A model generated the notes under the pieces. It was given only the letters and a program-made list of their open reading frames with translations, searched no databases and had not been told where the DNA came from. From positions 1-38,818 of the forward strand of contig JAUCBJ010001518.1 of NCBI GenBank assembly GCA_032718475.1: a DNA stretch of 38,818 nucleotides, in the 5' to 3' direction. Position numbers and translations under genes: made by a program. Of the stretch, positions 1 to 11,544 are shown in pieces. The DNA comes from Nemertoderma westbladi. Lineage: Eukaryota; Animalia; Xenacoelomorpha. Positions within the stretch are counted from its first letter, which is position 1. The number at the start of each line of letters is the position of its first letter.

Positions 1-340
1 TTTTTTTAATTATAATATACAATACACCCCCACTCGGGGTAAATTAAACATAAGAAACAGTAAGAGTTAAACAGTAAGTAACAGTAACCGTGAGTATACA
101 CTATGCAGAAATAATACACGTACGTAACGGGGACACAGTAATTGAAACAGTAAGTACAGTATACATACCGGGAATATATAACAATATAATTAATAAACCT
201 ACTGTAGTAAGTTGATGTAGGTTGTAGCTGTGAGTGTGAGTGTAGCCGTTAATTTTGGTGTGTGTCAGTGTTTGGTTGTGTACCGTTTTTGATGGGTGAC
301 AGTAATTTGGATTATGTATGTAGTGTGTGAGTGGGGCGGT

Positions 341-3139
341 CTATGAGGCAAGCTGAGAGAGCGAGGGGACGTTGGGGCAGTCAAGGACGTGATATCGAAA
401 GGCACAGGAGTTGTGGCAGTATTTGCATTGGCAGTCCGGTGTTAGTTCGTGGAATGGCTTGTTGTTAAGACACAATTTATGGTGAAAGCCGTGTGCTGTA
501 GTTCTAGTAGTGATGTGACGGTTTTTCTGACCAGGAAGCTTCCAGGTATTGGAAGTGAAGGCAGGACCGAGAATGTATTGTTCTATGTTAAAGTTGTTAA
601 TGCGTTCGAGCCTGTGCTGTCTGTATTGGGATTGGATTTCGTTGTCGAATATGTTAGGATGTTTTTCTATAATAGATTCTACTAGTGTTGGTTCATTTAC
701 AAGTTTTAGTGCCAATGTGGTGGATGTCGAAATATGTAGACCTAACAGACGTTTAATAAATGTAGCTTTGATTTTGTCAAGTTCCTTTAGGTGCTTTACT
801 TTTAGAAATTTTGCGAAAACTGGGAGGGCATATTCTATAATGGGTGCTATTTTTACGTTGAATATTTTAAGGCCTGTTTCTACCGAAAGTAAGGGTAACA
901 TATTGAATGAACCGATGAGTTTGAAAGCTTTTTCCTTTTTAGACTTAATGTGGTTCGTAAAGCAGAGTGTTGGTTGTAGAATTACTCCTAAGTACTCATA
1001 TTGATTTACTATTTTGATGTTTTCGTTTCCGTATGTGAATGTGTCTGTAAGAGCTAGTCTACCCGATCGTCTGAATTTTATTATTTTAGTTTTTGTTAAG
1101 TTAACTACCATGCCGTTTGAAGTGCACCAGTCATGTAAGATATTTAAACCAAGTTGGACATGTTCACGGTTGTTTGAGTACAGTACGAGATCGTCAGCAT
1201 AGAATACAAACCTAAGTAAAGATATTGTTCGTCGTAAGAGGTATGCGAGATCGGCTATAAAAATAATAAATAATGTAGGTGATAGGCAGTCCCCTTGTAA
1301 AACCCCCCGTAATTGGCGTATAATGTTAGATAGTCTGAGCCCGTCATAAATGCGAATGTTGTTGCCGAGTAAATCCCGTATTATGTCATAGAGTTTGCCC
1401 TTTACTCCAAAGTGGTAAAGTTTGTATAGAAGCTGTACACGACAGACCATATCGAAGGCTTTACTGAAGTCAATGAAAGCAGCGTAGATATGGCGGTCGC
1501 CTACATTGTCAGAGAGTAAAGCAGAGTGAATGTCTAGGAGTAACTTCTCGATTGCTTGGATGGTTGATTTTCCAGTTACGAATCCATACTGTTCGTCAGG
1601 GAGTAGATGTGAGAGGAATGTACGAATTCGTTTGTTTATAATCGATGTTAGTGTCTTCAGTAAAACAGAGAGTAGGGCGATGCCACGGTAGTTGTCTGGG
1701 TTTGTTATGGAGCCTTTGCCCTTATATAATATATTAATTATACTTCCTTTCCACACGGTCGGTATTCGTCCTACGTTGAGACACAGGTTATATATCAATG
1801 TAATTAGTACTAGTATGTATGGTAGCGTTTGTTTAAGATGCTCGTAGTAAATGTTGTCAGAGCCGCATGCTTTGTTATTTGTGGATGACTGTATAGTTTG
1901 TGCGACTTCTTCCTCAGTGATAGGAGCGTTGTACCAGTCAACAGAGTTGCGTTCCTCGGTGGTTACTGTGGGAGTATCGGGGCTGTTGTTAATGTTATTT
2001 GGAGAGCCTACTATTTTCCTAAAGTGTAATTCCAATCTATCAGAGTCAATTGGGGCAATAGACGGTTTCCTCTCCTTGAGTAAAGTCCATGGTTTTATCT
2101 CGGCGTTGTCAATGCGTTTCAGTAGTTGTTGTTCGTCATATGTTTTCTTTTTCGATTTGATGAGACGCTTATATTGACGGCGTGTATTCCAGAAGTGTAA
2201 ATTCGATGCCTCAGAGCTTTTGCGATTAGTCATTGCGAGGGTAAGTTTGTGTTTTAATTGAGTGCAGTCTGAGTCGAACCAAGGTTTAGATGGTTCGGTA
2301 TGGATGCGTTTAGGTAAGGTCGAGTCCGTAATTAACTCCGTTAATAGTGTAGTAGCGGTATCGATGTCAGGCGCGTTTGTTTCTAACAGTCCTCCTAGCT
2401 GTAATACGTTGTGGTGTTGCTGGAGTTTATTTGTATCTATTTTCCTACTTAAACGAGGGGTCCTGCCATGTGAATCTACTGGTGGGGTTAGCAAGTCAAT
2501 AGATAATATTGTGCGTTGATGTTTCCTGATTGGATTATTTATTGTGGTTGTGCATGGGATGTTAGTTGGGACAACACCAGGGTATTTAATAAATAATAAA
2601 TCGATCACGCTATCCCCTTGAGGGGATATATATGTAGGAGTGCTGTCTGATGTCGTACAGATAAGTCCAAGGTTGAGTAGGTTATGTGACAGATCAGAAC
2701 CACGTGAACCAGAGTCGAGTCTACAGTTAAAGTCACCCCCCAGGATTATAGTTAAGTCTGTTGTAGTGTAAGTGAGTGCGTCAGTAATTACCAGTAATAT
2801 GTCGGCTACAGCTAAATCAGGGTGGAAGTATGCAACAATGAAGTATGCAGATATTGTTTTTATAACTATATAATCTACAGTTTGTACTATGAGAGAAGGG
2901 TTAAGTTGGGGTTTGCATAGAATCATTAGCCCCCCGGTCGGCCGACCACGGGCTGCTTGTGCGGCGGGCTGAATGAATGGGTAGTATCCGGGACAGTCAA
3001 ACTGAGTGTCAGGGTACAGCGTCTCCGTTAGCAGCAGAACGTCGAAGTTGCCATATAGTTCGTCGTTTGTGAGATTCTCGTTGAGATACTTTAAACCCTC
3101 TACATTCCATAGAGAAGTGTGTATGCTATTGGTAGTCTG
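341..3139 (-). CDS. LINE ORF2: AP-endonuclease + reverse transcriptase + C-terminal Cys/His knuckle
   Basis: APE motifs SLWNVEGL and DVLLLTET (in the open frame 3139-2927, upstream of the first ATG at 2926), GGDFN and SVIDL. RT motifs NYRGIALL, QYGF, FIDFSKAFD, GVLQGDCLSP, YADD and YLGV. C-terminal CQCKYC..YHVLDC. Confidence 0.95.
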   Translation of the reverse strand, partial: QTTNSIHTSLWNVEGLKYLNENLTNDELYGNFDVLLLTETLYPDTQFDCPGYYPFIQPAAQAARGRPTGGLMILCKPQLNPSLIVQTVDYIVIKTISAYFIVAYFHPDLAVADILLVITDALTYTTTDLTIILGGDFNCRLDSGSRGSDLSHNLLNLGLICTTSDSTPTYISPQGDSVIDLLFIKYPGVVPTNIPCTTTINNPIRKHQRTILSIDLLTPPVDSHGRTPRLSRKIDTNKLQQHHNVLQLGGLLETNAPDIDTATTLLTELITDSTLPKRIHTEPSKPWFDSDCTQLKHKLTLAMTNRKSSEASNLHFWNTRRQYKRLIKSKKKTYDEQQLLKRIDNAEIKPWTLLKERKPSIAPIDSDRLELHFRKIVGSPNNINNSPDTPTVTTEERNSVDWYNAPITEEEVAQTIQSSTNNKACGSDNIYYEHLKQTLPYILVLITLIYNLCLNVGRIPTVWKGSIINILYKGKGSITNPDNYRGIALLSVLLKTLTSIINKRIRTFLSHLLPDEQYGFVTGKSTIQAIEKLLLDIHSALLSDNVGDRHIYAAFIDFSKAFDMVCRVQLLYKLYHFGVKGKLYDIIRDLLGNNIRIYDGLRLSNIIRQLRGVLQGDCLSPTLFIIFIADLAYLLRRTISLLRFVFYADDLVLYSNNREHVQLGLNILHDWCTSNGMVVNLTKTKIIKFRRSGRLALTDTFTYGNENIKIVNQYEYLGVILQPTLCFTNHIKSKKEKAFKLIGSFNMLPLLSVETGLKIFNVKIAPIIEYALPVFAKFLKVKHLKELDKIKATFIKRLLGLHISTSTTLALKLVNEPTLVESIIEKHPNIFDNEIQSQYRQHRLERINNFNIEQYILGPAFTSNTWKLPGQKNRHITTRTTAHGFHHKLCLNNKPFHELTPDCQCKYCHNSCAFRYHVLDCPNVPSLSQLAS

Positions 3140-4096
3140 TCAATGTGGGGTTGCGCTATCAGTACCGGTATTAACGGGGCCGAAAGTAACATTCGCAGAT
3201 CCAGGATCGCTCTGGATGTTCAACGGCGCTCGTCGACGTAAACCGAGTTGTTCCCGTTCCTTGCCAGAGAGGCGGTAGTTCCTAATGGATATTCCCTCGT
3301 CCCAGGTCTCGGGGTTCATCAGCAGCGCTCGCTGTTCCTGACTGCAGATCAGATGGAAGCTCGCATACTGTGAATCGTCTCTGATGGGAATCGGGTTGAT
3401 GCTCTCGAATGGAATCTCCTCGCTGTTTAGGTAGTTGGTGATAACTTCTCCAGTGACAGAAGGGTGCAGTCTGCCTACAAAGATATGTGCCCTGTTTGAT
3501 TCCTCTGTGCGTTGTGGAGGATGGACCACCCGCAGTGGTCCACCTACCTTTGTGCCGCGGATTGTCGTTGGACGTTGGCGCGGTTGTCGCTGTGTCTGGG
3601 GTGATTCGTTAAGATTAGTCGGCCGGGGTGCAGGATTATAAATCGTATGTGTCGGTAGAGGCTGCCCGCTGAAGCGGCCAGGTGCTGGGCGTTGTTGGGA
3701 CTGTTCGGTGGCGCCGGCTACAGAGCCTGCCAGGGCGGGCGATTGGACTTGTGTGGCGGTCCTGTGCACAGCGGTGCGATCATCAGAGACGTTACTTAAG
3801 GGGCCGCTAACAACAGAGCTCCATAGGCGGGGACCCTGAGGCGGATTTAGTTGGGAATAACTATTTTGGAGATTGTCGATCAGCTTGTTCTTGCTGGCTA
3901 GCGCTTCCTTCTGAGCATCGACCGCGGTTTGCCTTGCCTCGGCTATATCGCCCAATGCACTGGTGTATAAAGCAGTTAACGAAGATAATAGGTCTGTAAC
4001 ATGTTTCTCGTCGTCGTTAGACATGCTTTTCTTCCCTTTAATTGAGCGGATTAGGGAGGAGATCTCGCTTTGAACACTAACAAACTTGTTCGCCAT
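3140..4096 (-). CDS. LINE ORF1 (coiled-coil N-terminus, RRM-like C-terminal domain)
   Basis: 318-aa ORF directly upstream of ORF2. Helical N-terminus, low-complexity P/Q/R linker, then HIFVGRLHPSVTGEVITNYL...YASFHL...PETWDEGISIRNY, as seen in invertebrate LINE ORF1 proteins. Confidence 0.85.
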   Translation of the reverse strand: MANKFVSVQSEISSLIRSIKGKKSMSNDDEKHVTDLLSSLTALYTSALGDIAEARQTAVDAQKEALASKNKLIDNLQNSYSQLNPPQGPRLWSSVVSGPLSNVSDDRTAVHRTATQVQSPALAGSVAGATEQSQQRPAPGRFSGQPLPTHTIYNPAPRPTNLNESPQTQRQPRQRPTTIRGTKVGGPLRVVHPPQRTEESNRAHIFVGRLHPSVTGEVITNYLNSEEIPFESINPIPIRDDSQYASFHLICSQEQRALLMNPETWDEGISIRNYRLSGKEREQLGLRRRAPLNIQSDPGSANVTFGPVNTGTDSATPH

Positions 4097-4252
4097 ATCA
4101 GCGTAATCGAATTATTTAGTCAAAAAAGCATCTGCTATTATATGTAGGCCTATTAGTGTACTATGTACTGCTGTACTCAGCACTCGTACTACTGCTGCTT
4201 TTATCAACCTCCTGCTTTTATCAACCTCGGTTGGGTGACATCGGTTATCAAC

Positions 4253-5996
4253 CATGGGTAGGGATAATGGAGATTGGTAGGGGTAATGGAGATGGGTAGG
4301 GATAATGGAGATGGGTAGGGGTAATGGAGATGGGTAGGCGTAATGGAGATGGGTAGGGGTAATGGAGATGGGTAGGGATAATGGAGATGGGTAGGGATAA
4401 TGGAGATGGGTAGGGGTAATGGAGATGGGTAGGGGTAATGGAGATGGGTAGGGATAATGGAGATGGGTAGGGATAATGGAGATGGGTAGGGGTAATGGAG
4501 ATGGGTAGGGGTAATGGAGATGGGTAGGGGTAATGGAGATGGGTAGGGGTAATGGAGATGGGTAGGGATAATGGAGATGGGTAGGGGTAATGGAGATGGG
4601 TAGGGGTAATGGAGATGGGTAGGGGTAATGGAGATGGGTAGGGGTAATGGAGATGGGTAGGGATAATGGAGATGGGTAGGGGTAATGGAGATGGGTAGGC
4701 GTAATGGAGATGGGTAGGGGTAATGGAGATGGGTAGGGGTAATGGAGATGGGTAGGGATAATGGAGATGGGTAGGGATAATGGAGATGGGTAGGGGTAAT
4801 GGAGATGGGTAGGCGTAATGGAGATGGGTAGGCGTAATGGAGATGGGTAGGGATAATGGAGATGGGTAGGGATAATGGAGATGGGTAGGGATAATGGAGA
4901 TGGGTAGGGGTAATGGAGATGGGTAGGCGTAATGGAGATGGGTAGGGGTAATGGAGATGGGTAGGGGTAATGGAGATGGGTAGGGATAATGGAGATGGGT
5001 AGGGATAATGGAGATGGGTAGGGGTAATGGAGATGGGTAGGCGTAATGGAGATGGGTAGGGGTAATGGAGATGGGTAGGCGTAATGGAGATGGGTAGGGA
5101 TAATGGAGATGGGTAGGGATAATGGAGATGGGTAGGGATAATGGAGATGGGTAGGGGTAATGGAGATGGGTAGGGATAATGGAGATGGGTAGGGATAATG
5201 GAGATGGGTAGGGGTAATGGAGATGGGTAGGGGTAATGGAGATGGGTAGGGGTAATGGAGATGGGTAGGCGTAATGGAGATGGGTAGGGGTAATGGAGAT
5301 GGGTAGGGGTAATGGAGATGGGTAGGGGTAATGGAGATGGGTAGGGGTAATGGAGATGGGTAGGGGTAATGGAGATGGGTAGGGGTAATGGAGATGGGTA
5401 GGGATAATGGAGATGGGTAGGGGTAATGGAGATGGGTAGGGGTAATGGAGATGGGTAGGGGTAATGGAGATGGGTAGGCGTAATGGAGATGGGTAGGGGT
5501 AATGGAGATGGGTAGGGGTAATGGAGATGGGTAGGGGTAATGGAGATGGGTAGGGGTAATGGAGATGGGTAGGGGTAATGGAGATGGGTAGGGGTAATGG
5601 AGATGGGTAGGGGTAATGGAGATGGGTAGGGGTAATGGAGATGGGTAGGGGTAATGGAGATGGGTAGGGATAATGGAGATGGGTAGGGGTAATGGAGATG
5701 GGTAGGGGTAATGGAGATGGGTAGGGGTAATGGAGATGGGTAGGCGTAATGGAGATGGGTAGGGGTAATGGAGATGGGTAGGGGTAATGGAGATGGGTAG
5801 GGATAATGGAGATGGGTAGGGATAATGGAGATGGGTAGGGGTAATGGAGATGGGTAGGCGTAATGGAGATGGGTAGGCGTAATGGAGATGGGTAGGGATA
5901 ATGGAGATGGGTAGGGATAATGGAGATGTGTAGGCGTAATGGAGATGGGTAGGCGTAATGGAGATGGGTAGGGGTAATGGAGATGGGCAGGGATAA
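4253..5996. repeat. 20-bp G-rich minisatellite (GTAATGGAGATGGGTAGGGG), ~87 copies
   Basis: Directly visible tandem array with three interspersed variants (..TAGGGGTAA, ..TAGGGATAA, ..TAGGCGTAA). Confidence 0.98.
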
Positions 5997-6365
5997 TTCA
6001 ATTCCTGTGCTACCACTAGGGGGTGTGGTGTATAATGTGAGGGTAATATGAGGGAGTGTGATATTGCTTTTTCGTCTTTGGTTATTTATTGATATTAAGT
6101 TTCTTTGATTGTAGGCACAACTTGGTGTCCGGAAACATCATATATCGTGTATAATTGAGGGGAATAACAAATTGAATATTTAAGATCGCGATGTTATATT
6201 ATAGTGCTTTTAATGAAACATCGAATATCACTAATTTTTAATTGTATAAGTTGTTGAACAAATTATATGAATGATGAATGGGAAATTATTCTTATTATAT
6301 TTTTATTATAAGGTGGTCGATAAAGCAATTTCCAGGCTCAATTTCTTTGTAAATGTACGGTCTCA

Positions 6366-6447
6366 GGAATTCTTAGCATGCGAGTATTCCTAGCCCGTGG
6401 GTATTCTTAGCCTTGCATTCTTAGCCCATGGGTATTCTTAGCCCGCG
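6366..6447. repeat. Short degenerate tandem repeat (ATTCTTAGCCC core), MITE-like
   Basis: Five copies of ATTC(T/C)TAGC spaced ~15-19 bp apart. Confidence 0.6.
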
Positions 6448-6589
6448 AAACAATAACGCTTATTGTTTTGGTTCCCCCAATACTCCAACGGTATTACTAC
6501 ATAGAAGAACAGATTGGCAATAATAATTTGCTACAAGCGTGCAATAATAAATACAAAAGCCCTTAATAAATAAAAATACAAAAGTACTT

Positions 6590-7035
6590 AACCCCCATGG
6601 CAGCAAAGTGCCACCTTTACATATATATAATATTATCCTGATCCCCAGGGTAGCAGTGTTTCGCCTTTATATAATTATAACCTAACCCTCATGGCGGCAG
6701 AGTGCCGCCTTTACATATATTATCCTGACTCCCAGGGCGACAGGGTGCCGCCTCTATTTAAAACCTCTTATAACTTTCTTATTACTATTGGGGCGGATAA
6801 ATGGAGTTCATAATCGTGTTGTGCAGGAAAAACTGGTCTAGGAAAATTAATTTATTGCTTGAAGGGATTCCTATTGGTTTGATTAATTTTAAATTACATA
6901 GTTTATGCAAATTAATTTCAATTTAGCCAATAATTATGTTACAAATAATTAAGGCTGCACTGTGCCCCCCGGGTTTCAAATGAAAGATTTATAAATTTCG
7001 AAAATGGTTAAAGGCGGCAGTGTGCCGCCTTTGAG
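6590..7035. repeat. Array of palindromic GGCGGCA-N3-TGCCGCC units, probable non-autonomous DNA transposon remnant
   Basis: Four ~45-50-bp degenerate units at 6590-6755 and a perfect palindrome AAAGGCGGCA-GTG-TGCCGCCTTT at ~7010-7032. Confidence 0.55.
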
Positions 7036-7496
7036 GGTAGGATAAGTAATAATATGGTTATCCTCTTTATATATAACAACAAAATAAACCTTGGTACGAT
7101 CAAATATACTTTCTTGGAAGTAAAAATCTTTATCTTTATCTTTGGTACACAAAGGGCTACACTTATTTTCTTAAAATTTAATAATAGTTTGAGTAGGTTC
7201 TCGAGAATTTCGTTGCCATATTCGTAAACATGACTATTGTAATGTTGTGATAGACATAAGAGCATATTGCTTAAAATATATTAAATATAATATAAATATA
7301 ATTTGCTATACAAATTTCTGGCTGCTTATATTGCATGCATATAGTCCTGCAAAATCAAATCAAGTCTCACACAGTCTCATATAGGAATAAGCAATCAAAG
7401 TGTAATCTATGTACCCCTTTCGATATCGCTTAATGCACTGATTCTTAATAATAATATACAATTATTTCTTATATTTAATAAACTGTAATTTTATTA

Positions 7497-7739
7497 TTAA
7501 GGCGAGGTAGCTCAGTTGGTTGAGCGCCGGGCCTGCAATCTATTGGTTGTAGGTTCAGCCCCGCCAGGGTCCACTCAGCCTTTCATCCACTGGGGTCGAT
7601 AAAATGAGTACCAGTTAAATAACTGGGAGCAAATCTTGGGATAGGAGTAGCGCCCACCCCTACCCTCGGGTAGCAGCTATCGAAAGAGGAGCCTTCGGGT
7701 CGCCTCCGGCTTCGGCCGACTGTTTGCTTTGCTTTGCTT
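7497..7739 (+). mobile_element. tRNA-derived SINE with Nin/Deu-like central domain, structured 3' tail and (TTTGC)n end
   Basis: Pol III A-box TAGCTCAGTTGG, degenerate B-box GGTTCAGCCC, GCA anticodon-like loop. Central ACTCAGCCTTTCATCC..GGTCGATAAAATGAGTACCAG, recalled as the Nin/Deu SINE core. 13-bp TSD TGTAATTTTATTA at 7484-7496 and 7740-7752. Confidence 0.88.
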
Positions 7740-8661
7740 TGTAATTTTATTAGGAATAACTTTCACCTTTCTGTAATATAGTATACTTCTAAGAATACAC
7801 CTCATTAGTAATAATAATGTTATAAGTTTAATTAGATTGTTTACTCGGGTAAATGGGTGGCTTTTAATATAAATGCTATTTAATTATTTATTTAATACTA
7901 AATATTATTACCTTTAACAAAGGATGTTACCCAATACATGAAAACTATTTTTTTTCTCCAATCATGTCTTGATGAATAAAATATAAAAAAGTAGAAAGTT
8001 TCATGGGTGGTGCTAAAAATTCTGGAACATTTAATACAAAAATTGGCACACCAGCACTATTAATGGTATAGTACCCTATTAATTAAAAGTATAAAGAGAC
8101 AAACATTTACTGATAATTAATAGGTAGAGAACTATAGAGAAACCCACCACACAGCACAAATATCAGTTAAAAATTATAAAATAGAGTTAAGTACAGAAGA
8201 GGCGATGTAGATTAATTAGCTAGTTGCTGCATATGACGTTCCTATCCTGTCTGGCCTTTGGCAGCCCAGCACCATCTTCCAGTCCAAGCCCACTTCTCAA
8301 TTTGATGCGTGATCCACGAACGCAATGGGATGCGCCTCGGATAAGGGCAAACTGGACTCGTGTCCTACTCTTACTGTCTTACTAGGGTAAATTGGTTAGC
8401 GCAAATTTGCGGGATTTCCGGCATCGGGACCGGGATTATGACTCTCGGGATCCCGTCTGCGTAAAACTTAACTATAACTTCAATAAACACTCACATTACG
8501 CAACACACATTACGTAACTAAAGGTCAACAGTCAAATTATTCATAAACCACAATATTACTTACAAAATAATAAACTATCTTAATTCAATTTAATACGATG
8601 CAGAGAGGTTCCAACCACGAAGACTATAACAGTCTACAGTACGAAACCAAGACTTCTCCAT

Positions 8662-9046
8662 TTGGCTAAATATATATACCTTGCCTGTTTTGGCAAGTAT
8701 GTAAGTATGCCTTGCCTGTTTTGGCAAGTATATAAATATACCTTGCCTGTTTTGGCAAGTATGTAAATATACCTTGCCTGTTTTGGCAAGTATATAAATA
8801 CACCTTGCCTGTTTTGGCAAGTATATAAATACACCTTGCCTGTTTTTGCTATTATATAAATATACCTTGCCTGTTTTGGCAAGTATGTAAATATGCCTTG
8901 CCTGTTTTGGCGAGTATATAAATACACCTTGCCTGTTTTGGCAAGTATATAAATACACCTTGCCTGTTTTGGCAAGTATATAAATACTAAATACACTTTG
9001 CCTGTTTTGGCAAGTATTTAAATATGTATTGCCTGTTCTGGAAAGT
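8662..9046. repeat. 31-bp tandem repeat, ~12 copies, each with hairpin CTTGCC-TGTTTT-GGCAAG
   Basis: Unit TTGCCTGTTTTGGCAAGTATATAAATACACC is directly visible; it degenerates at both ends. Confidence 0.95.
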
Positions 9047-9391
9047 ATTTTAATTTGATAGAGTATATTATAAATATGATGGAAACTTCCTATAAGTTTC
9101 ACGTGTAAGACCAATGTTGAATAAATTATAAAACAAAATATTATTTTATGGCTTTTTCCCTGGAGCAAAGAGTAGTAACGCAAGAGGAGTAAACGAAATG
9201 TAATATGTCCTCTACTTAAAGTAATTGAATTGCCGTACTACTGTAATGAGAATTTCAAAGATTTTTGAGTCAAATTTTAATAATATCTCGAAACAGGAAA
9301 TGTCTACAAGGTAGGCCTACATCCTAAATTTGCATAGAGGATAAAACAAGCAGGAAACGAGCTGTATCAACAAATCAGGGTGATAATATAA

Positions 9392-9620
9392 CAAGTATTA
9401 TCAAGTCAAGTCAAGTTTGTCAAGTCAAGTGATGTCAAGTCAGTATGTCAAGTCGTATGGCGCCAAGTCAAACTACTATCAAGTCACGTGATGTCAATCA
9501 AGGCATTAATTATGAAGTGATGTCGAGTCCAATGATGTCAAGTCAAGTGTCATAAAACCAAGTGATATCAAGTCAAATAATTTAAATTGTTAAAAAGTGT
9601 TGTAAAGTCAAGTGAAGTCA
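9392..9620. repeat. Degenerate (CAAGT)n / GTGATGTCAAGT simple repeat
   Basis: Many TCAAG/CAAGT pentamers. Confidence 0.8.
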
Positions 9621-10039
9621 TATACCATCATGATAAATGACCATGATGTCTGTCACGGTTTTCTAATTATTGAAATGGCTTCCGTCAATTTGTTTCACCC
9701 ACTGCATCGTACCCATCTTGTGAAATTCCACCATAAGAGGCAGGCAAAGAATCGCAAGTTTTCTTTGTTTTAGCTTTTCCAAGGCTCGTCATTGTTAAAA
9801 TTGATTTCTAATATTAAGGGGACCATTATCTGATATTCATGATTCTGTATATAAAACAAGATTTGTTCACAATTTCTCAATTTTGACATTTTCCACTGTC
9901 AATTTTTTTATTTTTGTCCAAAAAGTTTGAGTCTACTCTATATATAGCATCTCTATATATATATATATAGCTGCAAACTCAAAATATTATAAGTAAAAAA
10001 TGTCAAACTGAAAAATGTTGTGTTTGGTTTGATAATTCT

Positions 10040-10580
10040 GAAGGTATACGGGTTTTCGATGTCGCTGAACAGGATGACACTAGTTATAAATATTTCTGGT
10101 ATGTGCATGTGCAAATCCCATTTTGGTGCCATTCAAGTGCCCCAAAACGAAAACTACAAGTAGCACAAAATTATAAAGTGTTAAATTTTGACTTTGGTTA
10201 TAAATATCCACAGTATACTGGTTTTCAAAGTCGCTGATTACTACGATATAACTCGTAAAAAATCATTCGTGTTAACGCAACTATCATTTTTCTGCTTGTC
10301 CGGTGGGACGGATAAATACAAATGGCGTATTTAGTTCGATAATCCTATATTTTTGAGTGTCATATTCGTGATCAGCGTCCCAGAAAACCCACAATGTCAT
10401 AAAATCAGGTTGATTTGATAATCATTTTTGTATTATCCAATTAGTGCTATTTGTATTTTTCATGCCGCACATTGACACGTACATATCCATAAATTCCCTA
10501 ATCAATAATGTACGATATATTTCAGTGTTATATTCGTGATCAGCATCCCAAAAAACCTATACGGTCATAAAATCAATTTG
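10040..10580. mobile_element. Degenerate fold-back/MITE-like repeat
   Basis: Two GGTTTTC..GTCGCTGA motifs (~10051, ~10220) face two inverted TCAGC(G/A)TCCC..AAAACC motifs (~10372, ~10540). The latter sit in a ~168-bp-period duplication. Confidence 0.5.
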
Positions 10581-11432
10581 ATTTAATTAAAGATAAATAA
10601 ATCTTGTTTGTAATGCAAAACATGATTCACAATCGAAATACGGCCATCGCACAGCACAATCAATATATAATATGTATATGAGATCATCCTCTGTGTTCAT
10701 CCGTGGGAGTTAGTGTGGAGTCCAGTCCCCCTTGCCTTGTACGTAAATACAAGAAAAGGAAGCAAGTGAAAGAGTACCCTTAATATTGCCTCCAGTAGTG
10801 CTTCATATTCACAGATAAATTTACATTACCCCGAATTATTATGAACCCGAATTTGTGGGGCAAAGGGCCTTCCTATTTACATCACAAATCAATATCGCCG
10901 CAGGCTGGCTTCCCCATCCATTGCATTAGCTACACTACTGTCTGGCCAGCAGACATATATTCGCCTTCAAGCTCGATATATTGCCTTCTCTAACAATGGC
11001 ATCGCCGTTCACTCCATGTAAATAATTAAATGTTCTAGAATATTTTATAGACAGCACGAATTCGCTGCCTAACTGCAGAGGAGAAATGTTCCTACAACTG
11101 GTGTTATAAATTCCATGAGATAATTTTAATCAATATTGATGGTGTCATTTGTTTGATGTTAGCACAACTATTACATGTTAGCAGAACTCTAGTCAATGAT
11201 TTTTGAATGTTCAAGAAGAGGACGCTAAAGGGATACACGATTTTTTTCCCTCACATTTCAGGTATTGCAAAGTGGCACTTGTGCTAACATTACAAAGAGT
11301 ACATGGGGACCCGATCAAAACGTCGGACACATGTCCCTGATCAAATGTCAGCTCAACTTGTTACCACTATTTTTTTGTCACCACAACTGCCATTTTTGAT
11401 AGCCAAATGTTAGCACAACTGCCAGTTGGATA

Positions 11433-11544
<112 letters not shown>

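Larger units (their letters stand above)
1..4250 (-). mobile_element. Non-LTR retrotransposon (LINE) with ORF1 and APE-RT ORF2; 3' end at the window edge, 5' boundary uncertain (may extend to ~6130)
   Basis: Two open ORFs, a ~340-nt 3' UTR ending in ATTAAAAAAA on the minus strand (T run at 1-7), and strong G/T skew on the plus strand. TSD cannot be checked because the 3' flank is outside the window. Confidence 0.9.

Noticed and set aside
449-3641. Plus-strand ORFs over the LINE, and minus-strand ORFs over BEL gag-pol
   Set aside because: Antisense shadows of real coding sequence with no motifs of their own.
4112-6016. 634-aa Pro/His/Tyr-rich ORF in frame with LINE ORF1
   Set aside because: The 20-bp unit has no stop in any minus-strand frame, so the ORF is an artefact of the repeat. 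A TAA also separates it from ORF1.
7501-7572. tRNA-Cys gene
   Set aside because: The T-arm and acceptor stem are degenerate, and the sequence continues into a SINE body with tail and TSD.
8662-9046. CRISPR-like array of palindromic repeats; ORFs 8590-9183 and 8634-8996
   Set aside because: The spacers are not unique, there are no cas genes and the context is eukaryotic. The ORFs are repeat translations.
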